From Candidatus Hadarchaeales archaeon (GTDB lineage Archaea; Hadarchaeota; Hadarchaeia; Hadarchaeales; JAWBSP01), in NCBI GenBank assembly GCA_038842485.1, contig JAWBSP010000008.1:1-45039 (forward strand): a DNA stretch of 45,039 bases, given 5' to 3'. The notes under the pieces were generated by a model. It did no database searches, had not been told where the DNA came from, and was given only the letters and a program-made list of their open reading frames with translations. The position numbers were made by a program, and so were the translations under genes. Below are positions 8,617 through 18,400 of the stretch, piece after piece (positions within the stretch are counted from its first letter, which is position 1; every line of letters starts with the position of its first letter).

Positions 8617-10473
8617 ATGGACTACCGGGAGCTCGGCTTAAGAGTAGGGTTTGAAATCCACCAGGAGTTGGAAACCCACAAGCTCTTCTGCTCTTGTCCC
8701 TCTCGCCTCGAGGAGAAATCCTCATTCCTTATCGTCAAGAGGAGGCTCAGACCCACCCAGAGTGAACTAGGTGATGTGGACAGGGCCGCCATTGCAGAGG
8801 CCCTTAAGGGTAAGGGTTTCTCGTACGAGGTGGATCCGGAAGGTGTCTGCCTGGTCGAACTTGACGAGGAACCCCCCCACCCGCTCAACCTCGAGGCTTT
8901 GAAGGTTGCCCTGCAGGTCTCCCTGATGCTGGGGGCGAAACCCGTCGATGAAATCCACGTCATGAGGAAGATCGTCATAGACGGAAGCAATACCTCGGGA
9001 TTCCAGAGAACCGCCTTGGTGGCTACGGATGGGGAGGTGGAGTTTGAGGGAATGAAGTTCAGGGTGCCCACCGTTTGTCTGGAGGAGGACGCTGCCAGGA
9101 AAACCGGAGAAACTGAGGGAGAAATCGTGTACAGACTCGACCGGCTAGGAATCCCCCTTATAGAGATAGCTACCGGCCCGGATTTCTCGGACCCAAGAGA
9201 GGCCCAAAGAGCGGCCCTCTACTTGGGGCAGCTGCTGAGGATGACAGGAAGGGTGAAGAGGGGGATAGGAACCATTAGACAAGACGTGAACATTTCCATA
9301 GCCAGCGGGGCCAGACAGGAGATAAAGGGGGTGCAGAAGCTTGAGCTCATCTCAACCGTTATCGAGCGGGAGGTGCAACGGCAGCTGGCTCTTCTGAAAA
9401 TTGCGAAGGAACTTCAGCGGAGGGGGGCGAGGGTGGGGTCCTGGCTTGAAGTCAGCGATGCCCTCCGCCAATCCCCCTGCAGGCTTGTGAAGCGGGCTTT
9501 AGAAGCGGGTGGCGTGATTCTGGCCTTAAGGCTTGAAGGATTCGCGGGACTGCTGGGGGAGGAAATCCAACCGGGGAGGCGCTTGGGAACCGAACTCTCG
9601 GATCACGCGAGAGCCATGGGGGTGGGGGGCCTCCTGCATTCAGATGAGCTTCCGGGATACGGCATCACCGCAGAAGAGGTTGACGCGCTCAGGAAACTCC
9701 TGCAACTTGGTGAGCTCGATGCCTTTGTTCTGATAGCAGGGGAAAGAGCAAAGGCCGAGCAGGCAATTCTGGCCGTGGCGAGGAGGGCCGAACAGGCCAT
9801 CCAAGGTGTGCCCGAGGAAACCAGGAGGGCCCTCCCGGACGGCAATACGGAATACATGCGCCCGCTACCAGGAGCGGGCAGAATGTACCCCGAAACGGAC
9901 ATCCCCCCCGTCCCCGTCGAGAGAAGTTGGCTAAGCCTACCCCTTCCCGAGCGTCCGGAGGAGAGAGTGGAGAGGTTGGTGAGGGAGTGCGGGCTTGGGA
10001 GGGAAATGGCTTGGCGCTTGGCACTGTCCGAGAGACTAGAGCTCTTCGAAAAACTTTCCAAACTGGCGGATCCGCACCTAGTCGCCTTCACGCTCGAGGA
10101 AACGCTCGTCAGCCTGAAGCGGGAAGGGTGCGAGACGGAGAGACTGGAAGAACGCACCTTCGTGGAGCTCTTCTCCGCCTTGAAGGGGGGTCTTGCCAAA
10201 GAGGCGATCCCGGAGATACTCAGGCTTGCCTGCAGGGGGCTCAGCGTGGAGGAGGCCATCAAACAGCTGGGGTTGAAACCCATGCGGGTGGAAGAGCTGG
10301 AGGAGCTGGTTCACAGGATTTTGGAGGAGAAGCGAGAACTTGTCGCCGAGAGGGGTGAGGCTGCCCTGAAGCCCCTCATGGGAGTGGTGATGGAAAAGGT
10401 GAGGGGCAGGGTGGACGGAAAGATGGTCAGGGAAGTGCTGGAGAGGGAACTCAAAAAACTCCTCTCTGGATGA
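8617..10473 (+). CDS. gatE: Glu-tRNA(Gln) amidotransferase subunit E
   Basis: MDYRELGLRVGFEIHQEL, KLFC.C, RKIVIDGSNTSGFQRT, LDRLGIPLIEI, RPLPGAGRMYPETD. The real start is likely the ATG at 8617. Confidence 0.96.
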   Translation: MDYRELGLRVGFEIHQELETHKLFCSCPSRLEEKSSFLIVKRRLRPTQSELGDVDRAAIAEALKGKGFSYEVDPEGVCLVELDEEPPHPLNLEALKVALQVSLMLGAKPVDEIHVMRKIVIDGSNTSGFQRTALVATDGEVEFEGMKFRVPTVCLEEDAARKTGETEGEIVYRLDRLGIPLIEIATGPDFSDPREAQRAALYLGQLLRMTGRVKRGIGTIRQDVNISIASGARQEIKGVQKLELISTVIEREVQRQLALLKIAKELQRRGARVGSWLEVSDALRQSPCRLVKRALEAGGVILALRLEGFAGLLGEEIQPGRRLGTELSDHARAMGVGGLLHSDELPGYGITAEEVDALRKLLQLGELDAFVLIAGERAKAEQAILAVARRAEQAIQGVPEETRRALPDGNTEYMRPLPGAGRMYPETDIPPVPVERSWLSLPLPERPEERVERLVRECGLGREMAWRLALSERLELFEKLSKLADPHLVAFTLEETLVSLKREGCETERLEERTFVELFSALKGGLAKEAIPEILRLACRGLSVEEAIKQLGLKPMRVEELEELVHRILEEKRELVAERGEAALKPLMGVVMEKVRGRVDGKMVREVLERELKKLLSG

Positions 10474-11422
10474 GCTGCGGCTCCAGCACGGCCGCCACGG
10501 CCCCGTGGAGAACCACATCCTCCCCGAGCGGGGTGACCACTATCTTTGGCGGTCGGTTCAACACGTACTTTTTGAGCCCCCTCCTGATAGGGCCCAAAAC
10601 CAGCTGGCGGTTCTGGAGGACCACGCTCCCCCCTAGGCTGACTAGGGCGGGGTCGTAGGCGTTCACAGCATTGGCCACACCTATGGCATTCAGCTCTCCG
10701 AGTTCCCTCACTAACCGAAGACAGAATTTGTCCCCCTGCTTCGCCCCCCTGAACAGTTCTTCCGTGGTGATTCTCCGCAGGTCGCCACCGGTGTTGCGGT
10801 GAAGCCAGCTTCCTTCAAATTCCTTCGGCTGCTGGGAGATCCTCATCCTGACATAGTTCGGTATGTTCCTGCCCGAGCAATAGGCTTCCCAGTGCCCCCT
10901 TTTGCCGTCACCGCAAACTAGCCTGCCCTCAAAATCTATGACGGTGTGCCCTATCTCGTGGGCGTTCCCGTCCTTCCCCATCAGGACGTGCCCGTCAACT
11001 ATCACCCCCGCCCCAATCCCTGTGCTGATGGTTATGTACACTAGATCGTTTACCCCCCTTCCCGCCCCGAATTTCCACTCCCCAATCGCACCGGCCACGC
11101 AGTCGTTCAGCAGGTATGCTTTGATCCCGAGCCTGCTCTCAACCGGTTTCACGAGGGGTAGGAAGGGAACTCCCAGATTTGGAGAGTTTACAATCCCTCC
11201 CCTTCTGAGATCCAGCGGGCCTGCCGAGGCGATCCCGATCCCCTGGAGCTCCTCCAGTTTGACCCCGGCTTTCTCGACCAGTGACTTGACCATCCTGGAA
11301 ATCTGGGCGGGGATTGACCTCCCGTGGGCCGTCCTCTCCTTCCCCTTTGCCAGAACTCTTCCATTTTCCGCAAGCATGCACCTTATGTAAGTAGCCCCCA
11401 AGTCCACGCCCGCCGCAAGCAT
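10451..11422 (-). CDS. ROK-family sugar kinase (glucokinase-like)
   Basis: GVDLGAT, LNDC.AGA.GE, ITISTGIGAG, GNAHEIGH, CGDG.RGHWEAYCSG. Confidence 0.9.
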   Translation of the reverse strand: MLAAGVDLGATYIRCMLAENGRVLAKGKERTAHGRSIPAQISRMVKSLVEKAGVKLEELQGIGIASAGPLDLRRGGIVNSPNLGVPFLPLVKPVESRLGIKAYLLNDCVAGAIGEWKFGAGRGVNDLVYITISTGIGAGVIVDGHVLMGKDGNAHEIGHTVIDFEGRLVCGDGKRGHWEAYCSGRNIPNYVRMRISQQPKEFEGSWLHRNTGGDLRRITTEELFRGAKQGDKFCLRLVRELGELNAIGVANAVNAYDPALVSLGGSVVLQNRQLVLGPIRRGLKKYVLNRPPKIVVTPLGEDVVLHGAVAAVLEPQLIQRGVF

Positions 11423-11448
11423 CCTAATACTCGCTCACACTTTTCAAG

Positions 11449-12396
11449 ATGGAGCTGAGGTGGGATCCCCTAAGGGGGGAGTGGATTATCGTTTCCGGAA
11501 AGAGGGGGGAGAGGCCGGTTCTGAAGGTCCCCAAATGCCCCTTCTGCCCTGGGTCGGAGGAGGTGCCGGATGCCAACTGGAGGGTCAAGGTTCTTCCCAA
11601 CCGTTTCCCCAGCCTCGATCCCAACCCGCCCCCTCCCAGCACCCAGAGGTTCTACCAAACTTCCCCCGCCAGAGGAATCTGCGAGGTCATCCTCTACACC
11701 CCCGAGCACGACACCTGCCTAGCAGAACTTCCGGTGGAACACATCAAGGAGTTGATCGATCTCTGGGCAAGCAGGTATGAGGAGCTCAGCCGGCTCGATT
11801 ACGTGAAGTACGTCTACATTTTCGAGAACAGGGGGAGGGAGATAGGGGTGACCCTGGCACACCCGCACGGGCAGCTCTACGCCTTCCCCTTCATCCCCCC
11901 CATCCCCCAGCGCGAGCTCGAGAACTGCAGGGGGCACTGGGAGAAAACGGGGAGGTGCCTGCTGTGCGACATTCTGGAGGAGGAGAAGAAAAGCGAGAGG
12001 GTGGTGGATGAGAACGAGCACTTTCTCACCTTCCTTCCCTTCTTTGCCCGGCTCCCTTATGGCGTCCACCTCTACCCGAAGAGGCACGTGCAGGCCCTTC
12101 ACGAGCTCTCCGAAGTGGAGAGGTTCTCGCTCGCGGATGCCCTCAAGGAGATTCTGACCAAGTTCGACAATTTGTTCGGCTTCCCCCTCCCGTACATGAT
12201 GATCCTCCACCAGAGACCAACGGATGGGGAATACCCCTACTATCACTTCCACATCGAGTTCTACTCACCATACAGGGAGAGGGACAAACTCAAGTTCTTC
12301 GCCAGCGTGGAGACCGCCGCGGGGACCATTACTTTTGATTACGAGCCCGAAGAGAAGGCCGCCGAGCTGAGGAGGAGCAAGGGATACAGGAAGTAA
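11449..12396 (+). CDS. galT: Galactose-1-phosphate uridylyltransferase
   Basis: ELRWDPL, CPFCPG, NRFP, FENRG..IGVTLAHPHGQ (HPH catalytic motif). Confidence 0.93.
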   Translation: MELRWDPLRGEWIIVSGKRGERPVLKVPKCPFCPGSEEVPDANWRVKVLPNRFPSLDPNPPPPSTQRFYQTSPARGICEVILYTPEHDTCLAELPVEHIKELIDLWASRYEELSRLDYVKYVYIFENRGREIGVTLAHPHGQLYAFPFIPPIPQRELENCRGHWEKTGRCLLCDILEEEKKSERVVDENEHFLTFLPFFARLPYGVHLYPKRHVQALHELSEVERFSLADALKEILTKFDNLFGFPLPYMMILHQRPTDGEYPYYHFHIEFYSPYRERDKLKFFASVETAAGTITFDYEPEEKAAELRRSKGYRK

Positions 12397-12460
12397 ATCG
12401 AGGACGCCGTTCAAACTCCCTGTGAAGGACTCGGAAAAAAATATTGAAAAGAATTAACTG

Positions 12461-13027
12461 ATGGCGAGAGCGGTGATCTTGTTGGCCGAGGGGTTTGAGG
12501 AGATTGAGACATCAACAACCTTCGATATCCTAGTGAGATGCGGTGCAGAGGTGAAACTCGCCGGGCTGAAGAGGGGGATCATCAGAGGGTCTAGAGGGAT
12601 GAGAGTGCAGCCCGACACCACGGTTGAGAAGGTGAAGGTGGACGAACTCGATGCCCTCATCCTTCCCGGTGGATACCCCGGATACGAGAACCTCAGAAAG
12701 AGCGAGCACGTGAAGCGGCTCGTGAGGGAAGCGATCGAAAAAGGGAAGTTGGTGGGAGCCATTTGTGCCGCCCCAGTGGTGCTGGCGGATGCGGGGGTAC
12801 TTCAGGGGAAGAAGTGCACGGTCTATCCCGGTTTTGAGGAAGAGCTAAAGAAGGCCGGCGCCAAGGTCTCCGACTCCCTCGTGGTCAGGGACGGTAACCT
12901 CATAACCAGCAGAGGCCCAGGAACTGCCTTCGCCTTTGCCCTCGCACTCGCCGGGGCCCTGACGGGGAAGGAGACCGTCGAAAAGGTTAAGAAGGAAACG
13001 CTGGCCGACAGAGGAGCGAGGTTCTAG
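12461..13027 (+). CDS. DJ-1/PfpI (ThiJ) family protein
   Basis: GFEEIE, LILPGG, AICAAP (nucleophilic Cys), ITSRGPGTA. Confidence 0.92.
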   Translation: MARAVILLAEGFEEIETSTTFDILVRCGAEVKLAGLKRGIIRGSRGMRVQPDTTVEKVKVDELDALILPGGYPGYENLRKSEHVKRLVREAIEKGKLVGAICAAPVVLADAGVLQGKKCTVYPGFEEELKKAGAKVSDSLVVRDGNLITSRGPGTAFAFALALAGALTGKETVEKVKKETLADRGARF

Positions 13028-14046
13028 GGTTTGATGAGCACCTTGAGAACGTTACCCCCTGCGAGAAGGGTTTCTAGGGCTCGCCCGTAGTCCTCAAGCC
13101 TGAACTCATGGGTAATAAGTTTCTTCACCTTCACCTTCCCAGTAGAGAGGAGTTGAAGCGCCCTATCAAAACAATGGGTCTGGGCGAAGGTTCCAATGAG
13201 CTTGATCTCCCGCTTGTAAATTTCGTAGGGGCTGACGGTGATCTTCGCCTCCTCGGGCGCGACCCCAAAAATCACCACCTTCCCCCCGTTTTTCGCCAGC
13301 TGAATTGATCTCTCAACCACTTCGGGTGCGCCCGTGGCCTCGAAGATGGCATCGAATCCCTTCGGGCATATCCTGAGCAGTTCCTCTCGTCCGACGCTCG
13401 GGTCCCTTTTATCGATTTTTACCACTTCATCCGCAGCCAGCTCCTTCGCCAGCTCCAGCTTGAATTCATTTGGTGCCGCCACCACTAACCTCGAAACTCC
13501 CGTGGCCTTCAGAGCCTGAGCCAGAACGAGCCCGGCTGGTCCGGCCCCAAAAACCAGAACCTCACTGGCCGGTTCCACCCTCGCCACATCGAGGGCGTGA
13601 ACCACGCAGGCCGTGGGCTCGGTGAAGGAGGCCTCCTCGAAGCTCAGGTGGTCCGGGAGCCTAAACACCTTCTCCTCCTTTATGAGCACGTACTCCGCAA
13701 ACCCGCCGGGAGCGTTGCATCCGTGAGAGAGGAAATTCTCGCAGAAGAGGGGCTGGTTTCTCCTGCAGAAGTAACAGCTCCCACAGAGTTCGGTGTTGTC
13801 GGCCGTCACCCTGTCCCCCGGTTTGAAGGCCGTGACCTCCTCACCCACCTCCGCAACCTCCCCAGCGAATTCGTGCCCGGGAGTGAGGGGAAACTTGGAG
13901 ATGAACCTCCCCCTGTGGATGTGAACATCCGTCTTGCAGATCCCGCAACATCTGACCCTTATCAGGACTTCCCGCCCCACCGGATGGGGGGTGGGGACCT
14001 CCTCGATGGAAAAACGCTCCGGCGCGTGATACACTAGAGCCTTCAT
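13024..14046 (-). CDS. Zn-dependent MDR polyol dehydrogenase (arabitol/sorbitol-type)
   Basis: CGICKTD, PGHE, CGSCYFC...C structural Zn, GAGPAG. Confidence 0.88.
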   Translation of the reverse strand: MKALVYHAPERFSIEEVPTPHPVGREVLIRVRCCGICKTDVHIHRGRFISKFPLTPGHEFAGEVAEVGEEVTAFKPGDRVTADNTELCGSCYFCRRNQPLFCENFLSHGCNAPGGFAEYVLIKEEKVFRLPDHLSFEEASFTEPTACVVHALDVARVEPASEVLVFGAGPAGLVLAQALKATGVSRLVVAAPNEFKLELAKELAADEVVKIDKRDPSVGREELLRICPKGFDAIFEATGAPEVVERSIQLAKNGGKVVIFGVAPEEAKITVSPYEIYKREIKLIGTFAQTHCFDRALQLLSTGKVKVKKLITHEFRLEDYGRALETLLAGGNVLKVLIKP

Positions 14047-14047
14047 C

Positions 14048-15082
14048 CTAAACCTCGATCATCACCTTCATAATCCTCTCCCGGTTCCGGTCGATGAACC
14101 TGTAGGCCTCTTCATACTCGGGGAAGCGGAAGCGTGAGGTGATGAGGGATTCGGCCTGCACCCTCTTCCGCCTAAGTAGCTCGACGGCTTCCTCCATGTC
14201 CTCCCTCTTGTACATCAAGGTCCCGCGCACGGTCAGCTCGTGATCCTGGACGAATCCCATGTTCACCCTCACCTTCTCCGGAAACACGCCCACCACTATC
14301 ACCGTCCCTCCCTTCCCGCAAAGCTCGATGGCCTGGTCGATGGTCTGCTCTATGCCCACGCACTCAAACCAGAGATCTGCCCGCTCCCCGAAGTGGGTTA
14401 AAACCGCTTCTCCCACCTCCTCTTGCGCCGGGTTTACGCATGCGGTGATTCCAACCTTCCTTGCCATCTCGAGCCTAAAGGGATTGGGGTCCGAGATCAG
14501 CACGCTCGCCCCCCTCTCCTTCAGAACCTGCGCTGTGAAGTTTCCAATCAGGCCGGCCCCCAAAACCACCGCCTTCCGCCCCGAGACCTCCCCAGCCTTT
14601 GCCACGGCGTGAACTGCCACCGAGAGCGGTTCCACCATCGCCCCCTCCTCCAGCGAAACCTCCTCGGGCAGGGGAATGAGCTTGGAGGCCTCAACCCTCC
14701 AGAACTCCCGGGCACCGCCCTCCGTCTGAAAACCCATCACCTTCAGATTTTCGCAGATGTGGTAGTCCCCCCTTCGGCAGGGAGAACACTTTCCACAGGT
14801 CACCTGGGGTTGTACTGTTACCTTCCGCCCGAGCTCGAACCCTTCCACCCCCTCCCCGACCTCCTCAACCGTGCCCGAGAGCTCGTGCCCCTGAATGACG
14901 GGATATTTGGTGTAGGGATGCTTCCCGTGCCAGACGTGAATGTCCGAACCGCAGATGCCTATCCTTCTAACCCTAACCAAGACTTCTCCCCTGCCAGGTT
15001 TGGGTTTCGGAACCTCCCTGATGAACACTTTGCCAGGTTCCGGCATGATGGCCTCGAGCATCAAGAGTTGCGCGACGAGCAT
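14048..15082 (-). CDS. Zn-dependent MDR dehydrogenase (sorbitol/idonate-type)
   Basis: GICGSD, QGHE, CGKCSPC...C, VEPLSVAVHA, GAGLIG. The start may be Met8. Confidence 0.88.
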   Translation of the reverse strand: MLVAQLLMLEAIMPEPGKVFIREVPKPKPGRGEVLVRVRRIGICGSDIHVWHGKHPYTKYPVIQGHELSGTVEEVGEGVEGFELGRKVTVQPQVTCGKCSPCRRGDYHICENLKVMGFQTEGGAREFWRVEASKLIPLPEEVSLEEGAMVEPLSVAVHAVAKAGEVSGRKAVVLGAGLIGNFTAQVLKERGASVLISDPNPFRLEMARKVGITACVNPAQEEVGEAVLTHFGERADLWFECVGIEQTIDQAIELCGKGGTVIVVGVFPEKVRVNMGFVQDHELTVRGTLMYKREDMEEAVELLRRKRVQAESLITSRFRFPEYEEAYRFIDRNRERIMKVMIEV

Positions 15083-15153
15083 TTTTATTTTAGTACATTT
15101 TTTGTAGTTAAATTACATTCAATATACTTATTTTCGATGTAAACCGTAATATT
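15083..15153. promoter_or_regulatory. AT-rich divergent promoter with candidate operators
   Basis: TACA-T5-TGTA at 15094-15106 and TTACAT...ATGTAA at 15113-15142, between the MDR pair and the ArsR gene. Confidence 0.4.
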
Positions 15154-15486
15154 ATGATGGAGGAGAGAATCTTGGAAGCTCTCTGCAACAGAGAGAGACT
15201 TCTCATACTCCAGGCCCTTTCCAAGGGACCCTCCCCCCTCTCCGCACTAAAGGAGGCCCTCGGGAGAAGTTACTCCGATCTCCTGCACCATCTAAAAGCC
15301 CTGCAGAACGCTGGCTTGGTGGAGGTCATCAAACTCAGACCCAGACTCACTGTTGCCTATCTGAAGTTTGACCTAGAAATCAAGATAGGGAGCGGTTCGG
15401 AGCCGGAAATCCTGCTGAAACCGCGGCCGCCCCCAGCGGAGAGCGAACTCATGATGGCATACTGGAGGCTGCTCACCAGAAAATGA
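15154..15486 (+). CDS. ArsR-like winged-helix regulator
   Basis: ALCNRERLLILQAL..GP....L...LGRSYSDLLHHLKALQNAGLV. Confidence 0.85.
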   Translation: MMEERILEALCNRERLLILQALSKGPSPLSALKEALGRSYSDLLHHLKALQNAGLVEVIKLRPRLTVAYLKFDLEIKIGSGSEPEILLKPRPPPAESELMMAYWRLLTRK

Positions 15487-18400
15487 GGAAGCTCGCCCCT
15501 CTCCTAGTTCTGCTCCTCCTCTCACCGGCCCTACCCGCACCCATCTTGATCCGGCCCGAGAATTCCTCGACCGTTCAGAACCCGGTGGAGCTGGCTTGGA
15601 TACCCCACGAGAACGCCGACAACCAGAGATTGAAGGTGGACAACGACCCAGACTTCTCCTCCCCAGAAGTTGAGGTTGTCCTTGGACCAGCCGAGAATTC
15701 CTACACGCTCGTCCTCGATTGCGGGATTTACTGGTGGGGGATCTGGGCAGCGGTGGGTGGAACCGAGATCCCTCCAGAGAACACATGGTGGTTTCGGGTC
15801 TCACCGGGTTGGAACCTGCTGGAAGAATGGTCCGCTCCCTGCCTTGCGCCGGTTCCTCCCCCCCTCCCGCTGAGCCCCGAAAACTCCTCCAACACGAACG
15901 ACAACACTCCCACTCTAAGCTGGACAACCACCCTTCCGGTCGACTTTTTCCAGCTTCAGGTGGACGACCAGCCCGATTTTTCGGTCCCCGAAATCGATAC
16001 CCAAGTGAGTGAGACCTTCTGCGAAGTCCCCGCTCTCCCCGATAATGTATATTTCTGGAGGGTGAGGGGCTTCAGAAGTGGTTCCTGTTCAGAGTGGTCT
16101 GCAGTCTGGGAATTCAGGGTGGACACGATCCCACCCGCCGAGCCTTCCCCTCTCACTCCGCTGGAGGGAGAAACTTTCACCAACAGCGTTCCAACCTTCA
16201 GCTGGTCCCCGCCCCGAGAAAACTCGCTCCCACTTACCTTCCTCGTGGTGGTCGACAATGACCCCGACTTCTCCTCCCCCGCGATCCAGAGCGGATGGAT
16301 AACGGGAGAGAACTGGGTGCCACCGGCCCTCGGACAGGAAAACTATTACTGGAGGGTTAGGGCCAGGGACAATGCCGGTAACGAGGGCAACTGGAGCCCC
16401 ACCAGAGGATTCACCATCTTGGACACCATCCCTCCCTCGCCGCCGACACCGGTCCACCCCTTTGAAAACGAGAACCTGAACGACAACACCCCCCTCCTAA
16501 GCTGGCATCCACCGGAAGAGAATTCCCTCCCCCTGACCTATTGTGTTCAGGTTTCGCCCGACAGGTACGAGATCTTTGCCTCGGCATGGACCGATTCCGA
16601 GAACTGGGTCTGTCCCGAGCTGAGCGATGGAAGTTGGTATTGGAGGGTCTGCGCGAGGGATGCCGCCGGAAATACGGGGCTGTTCTTTCCCTGGACACAT
16701 TTTGTTATCGACACGGTTCCACCTTCCCCCCCTCCTCTGCTAGCACCAGAACCTTGGGCCGACATTCATGGGACGATCGCCAAGCTTGAGTGGGGGGAGG
16801 GTTCAGACGATAGGACGGGAATCCACGGATACTTGGTCCAGATTTCCCTCGACCCCTCCTTCTCAACTCCGCGAGCGGAGATCTTCCTCACCGGTAACGC
16901 TCTCCTCCACGACTTTCTGGAGCTTGGGGAGTGGTTCTGGAGGGTGGGCTCGGTGGACTGGGCGGGAAACACGGGCTGGTCGGAAAACAGGGGGCTCGCC
17001 TGCAGGGGGTGGAGGGAGCTGGAAACCCTTTCATGCATGATCGAAAGCGGAGGCCGGTGGCGGCTAACCGAGGATCTCTCGTGCTCCCTCTCCGGCCTCG
17101 CGGGAGTGTGGACGGAGGTGGAGAACCTTACCGCAGGATGGGCAACCATCCCCGGCTGGATGACCCTGCAACAGTGGCGGGGGGGAGTGCTGGGGTTCGC
17201 CCGCTGGTTGGAGATGGAGAAACAGCGGGGTATTCTTTTCCCTCCCGTTCCCACTCCCTCTCCCCTTCTGCCGGAGAACGGCTCGCACGTTTCTAGGGTT
17301 GTTCTGCGTTGGGAGAACTCAAAAACCGCAGACAACTTCGAGATACAAACGGACATCCCCAGTCGGTTCTGGAGGCCTTTTAGATTTACCTACACCACTT
17401 GGTTCAGCACGGAAAATTGGGTGGAGTTACCCAGCGAAAACTTGAAGGAAGGACCCTACCTCTGGAGGGTGAGACAGTGGAGATCGGGTGCCTGCTCCCC
17501 TTGGTCGGAAGTTTGGTGCTTTACCCTGGACCGGAGCACCCTCCCACCCGCGCTACTTTTACCCGAGAACGGAAAAAACCTGAAACACACTCAAGTAACC
17601 TTCAACTGGGCGGAGGTTCAGGATGTCACCCCCCCGCTTGAGTACGAGGTCCAGGTTTCTCAAGATCCCTCCTTCCAGAGCTTCGTTTCCTCAGGTTGGA
17701 TGAGCCACAGGATCTGGGAGCACGATACGGGGGGAGAGGGAGTGTATTACTGGAGGGTAAGGAGCAGGGATGGGCTCGGAAACGTGAGCCAGCCCTCGGT
17801 CGTGCGGAACTTCAGGATCGACCTCACCCCCCCGCCTGCCCCAAACCTGCTGTCACCTCCGTCAGGGGTCTGGCTTACCTCCTCCTCCGTGAGGCTAACA
17901 TGGGAAATGGTGGAGGACAACTCCAGACCCGTCACGTACATGGTGTTTATCGACGACGATCCATCCTTCTCTTCTCCCAATCTCGCGCTCCAAGCCTCGG
18001 AGAACTTCCTAGCCGTGACCGTTCCGGACGGGAGGTGGCACTGGAGGGTCATCGCCGCCGACAACGCTGGAAACCTCTCAACCCCCTCGCAGGGCGGCTT
18101 TAACGTGGATGCAACCCCCCCACCCGTCCCAACCCAGATTTCACCCAGCGCCACCCTTCTGACTACTGGCAGGATTAACTTCAGTTGGGGTAGGGTGGAA
18201 GATCCCAATGGAGTGTACTATGATTTCAGAATAGAAGGGGTGCTGTTACGGGAGAACCTAAGGGAGAACTCCTATCTTCTGAGCCCTCTCGAGATCCTCA
18301 CCCCGGGAAGCTACTCGTGGAGAGTCAGGGCCAGGGATGGGCTCGGAAACACCAGGGGCTGGTCAGCTCCGGTTTCCTTCGAGGTCCGGGATATAAAGCC

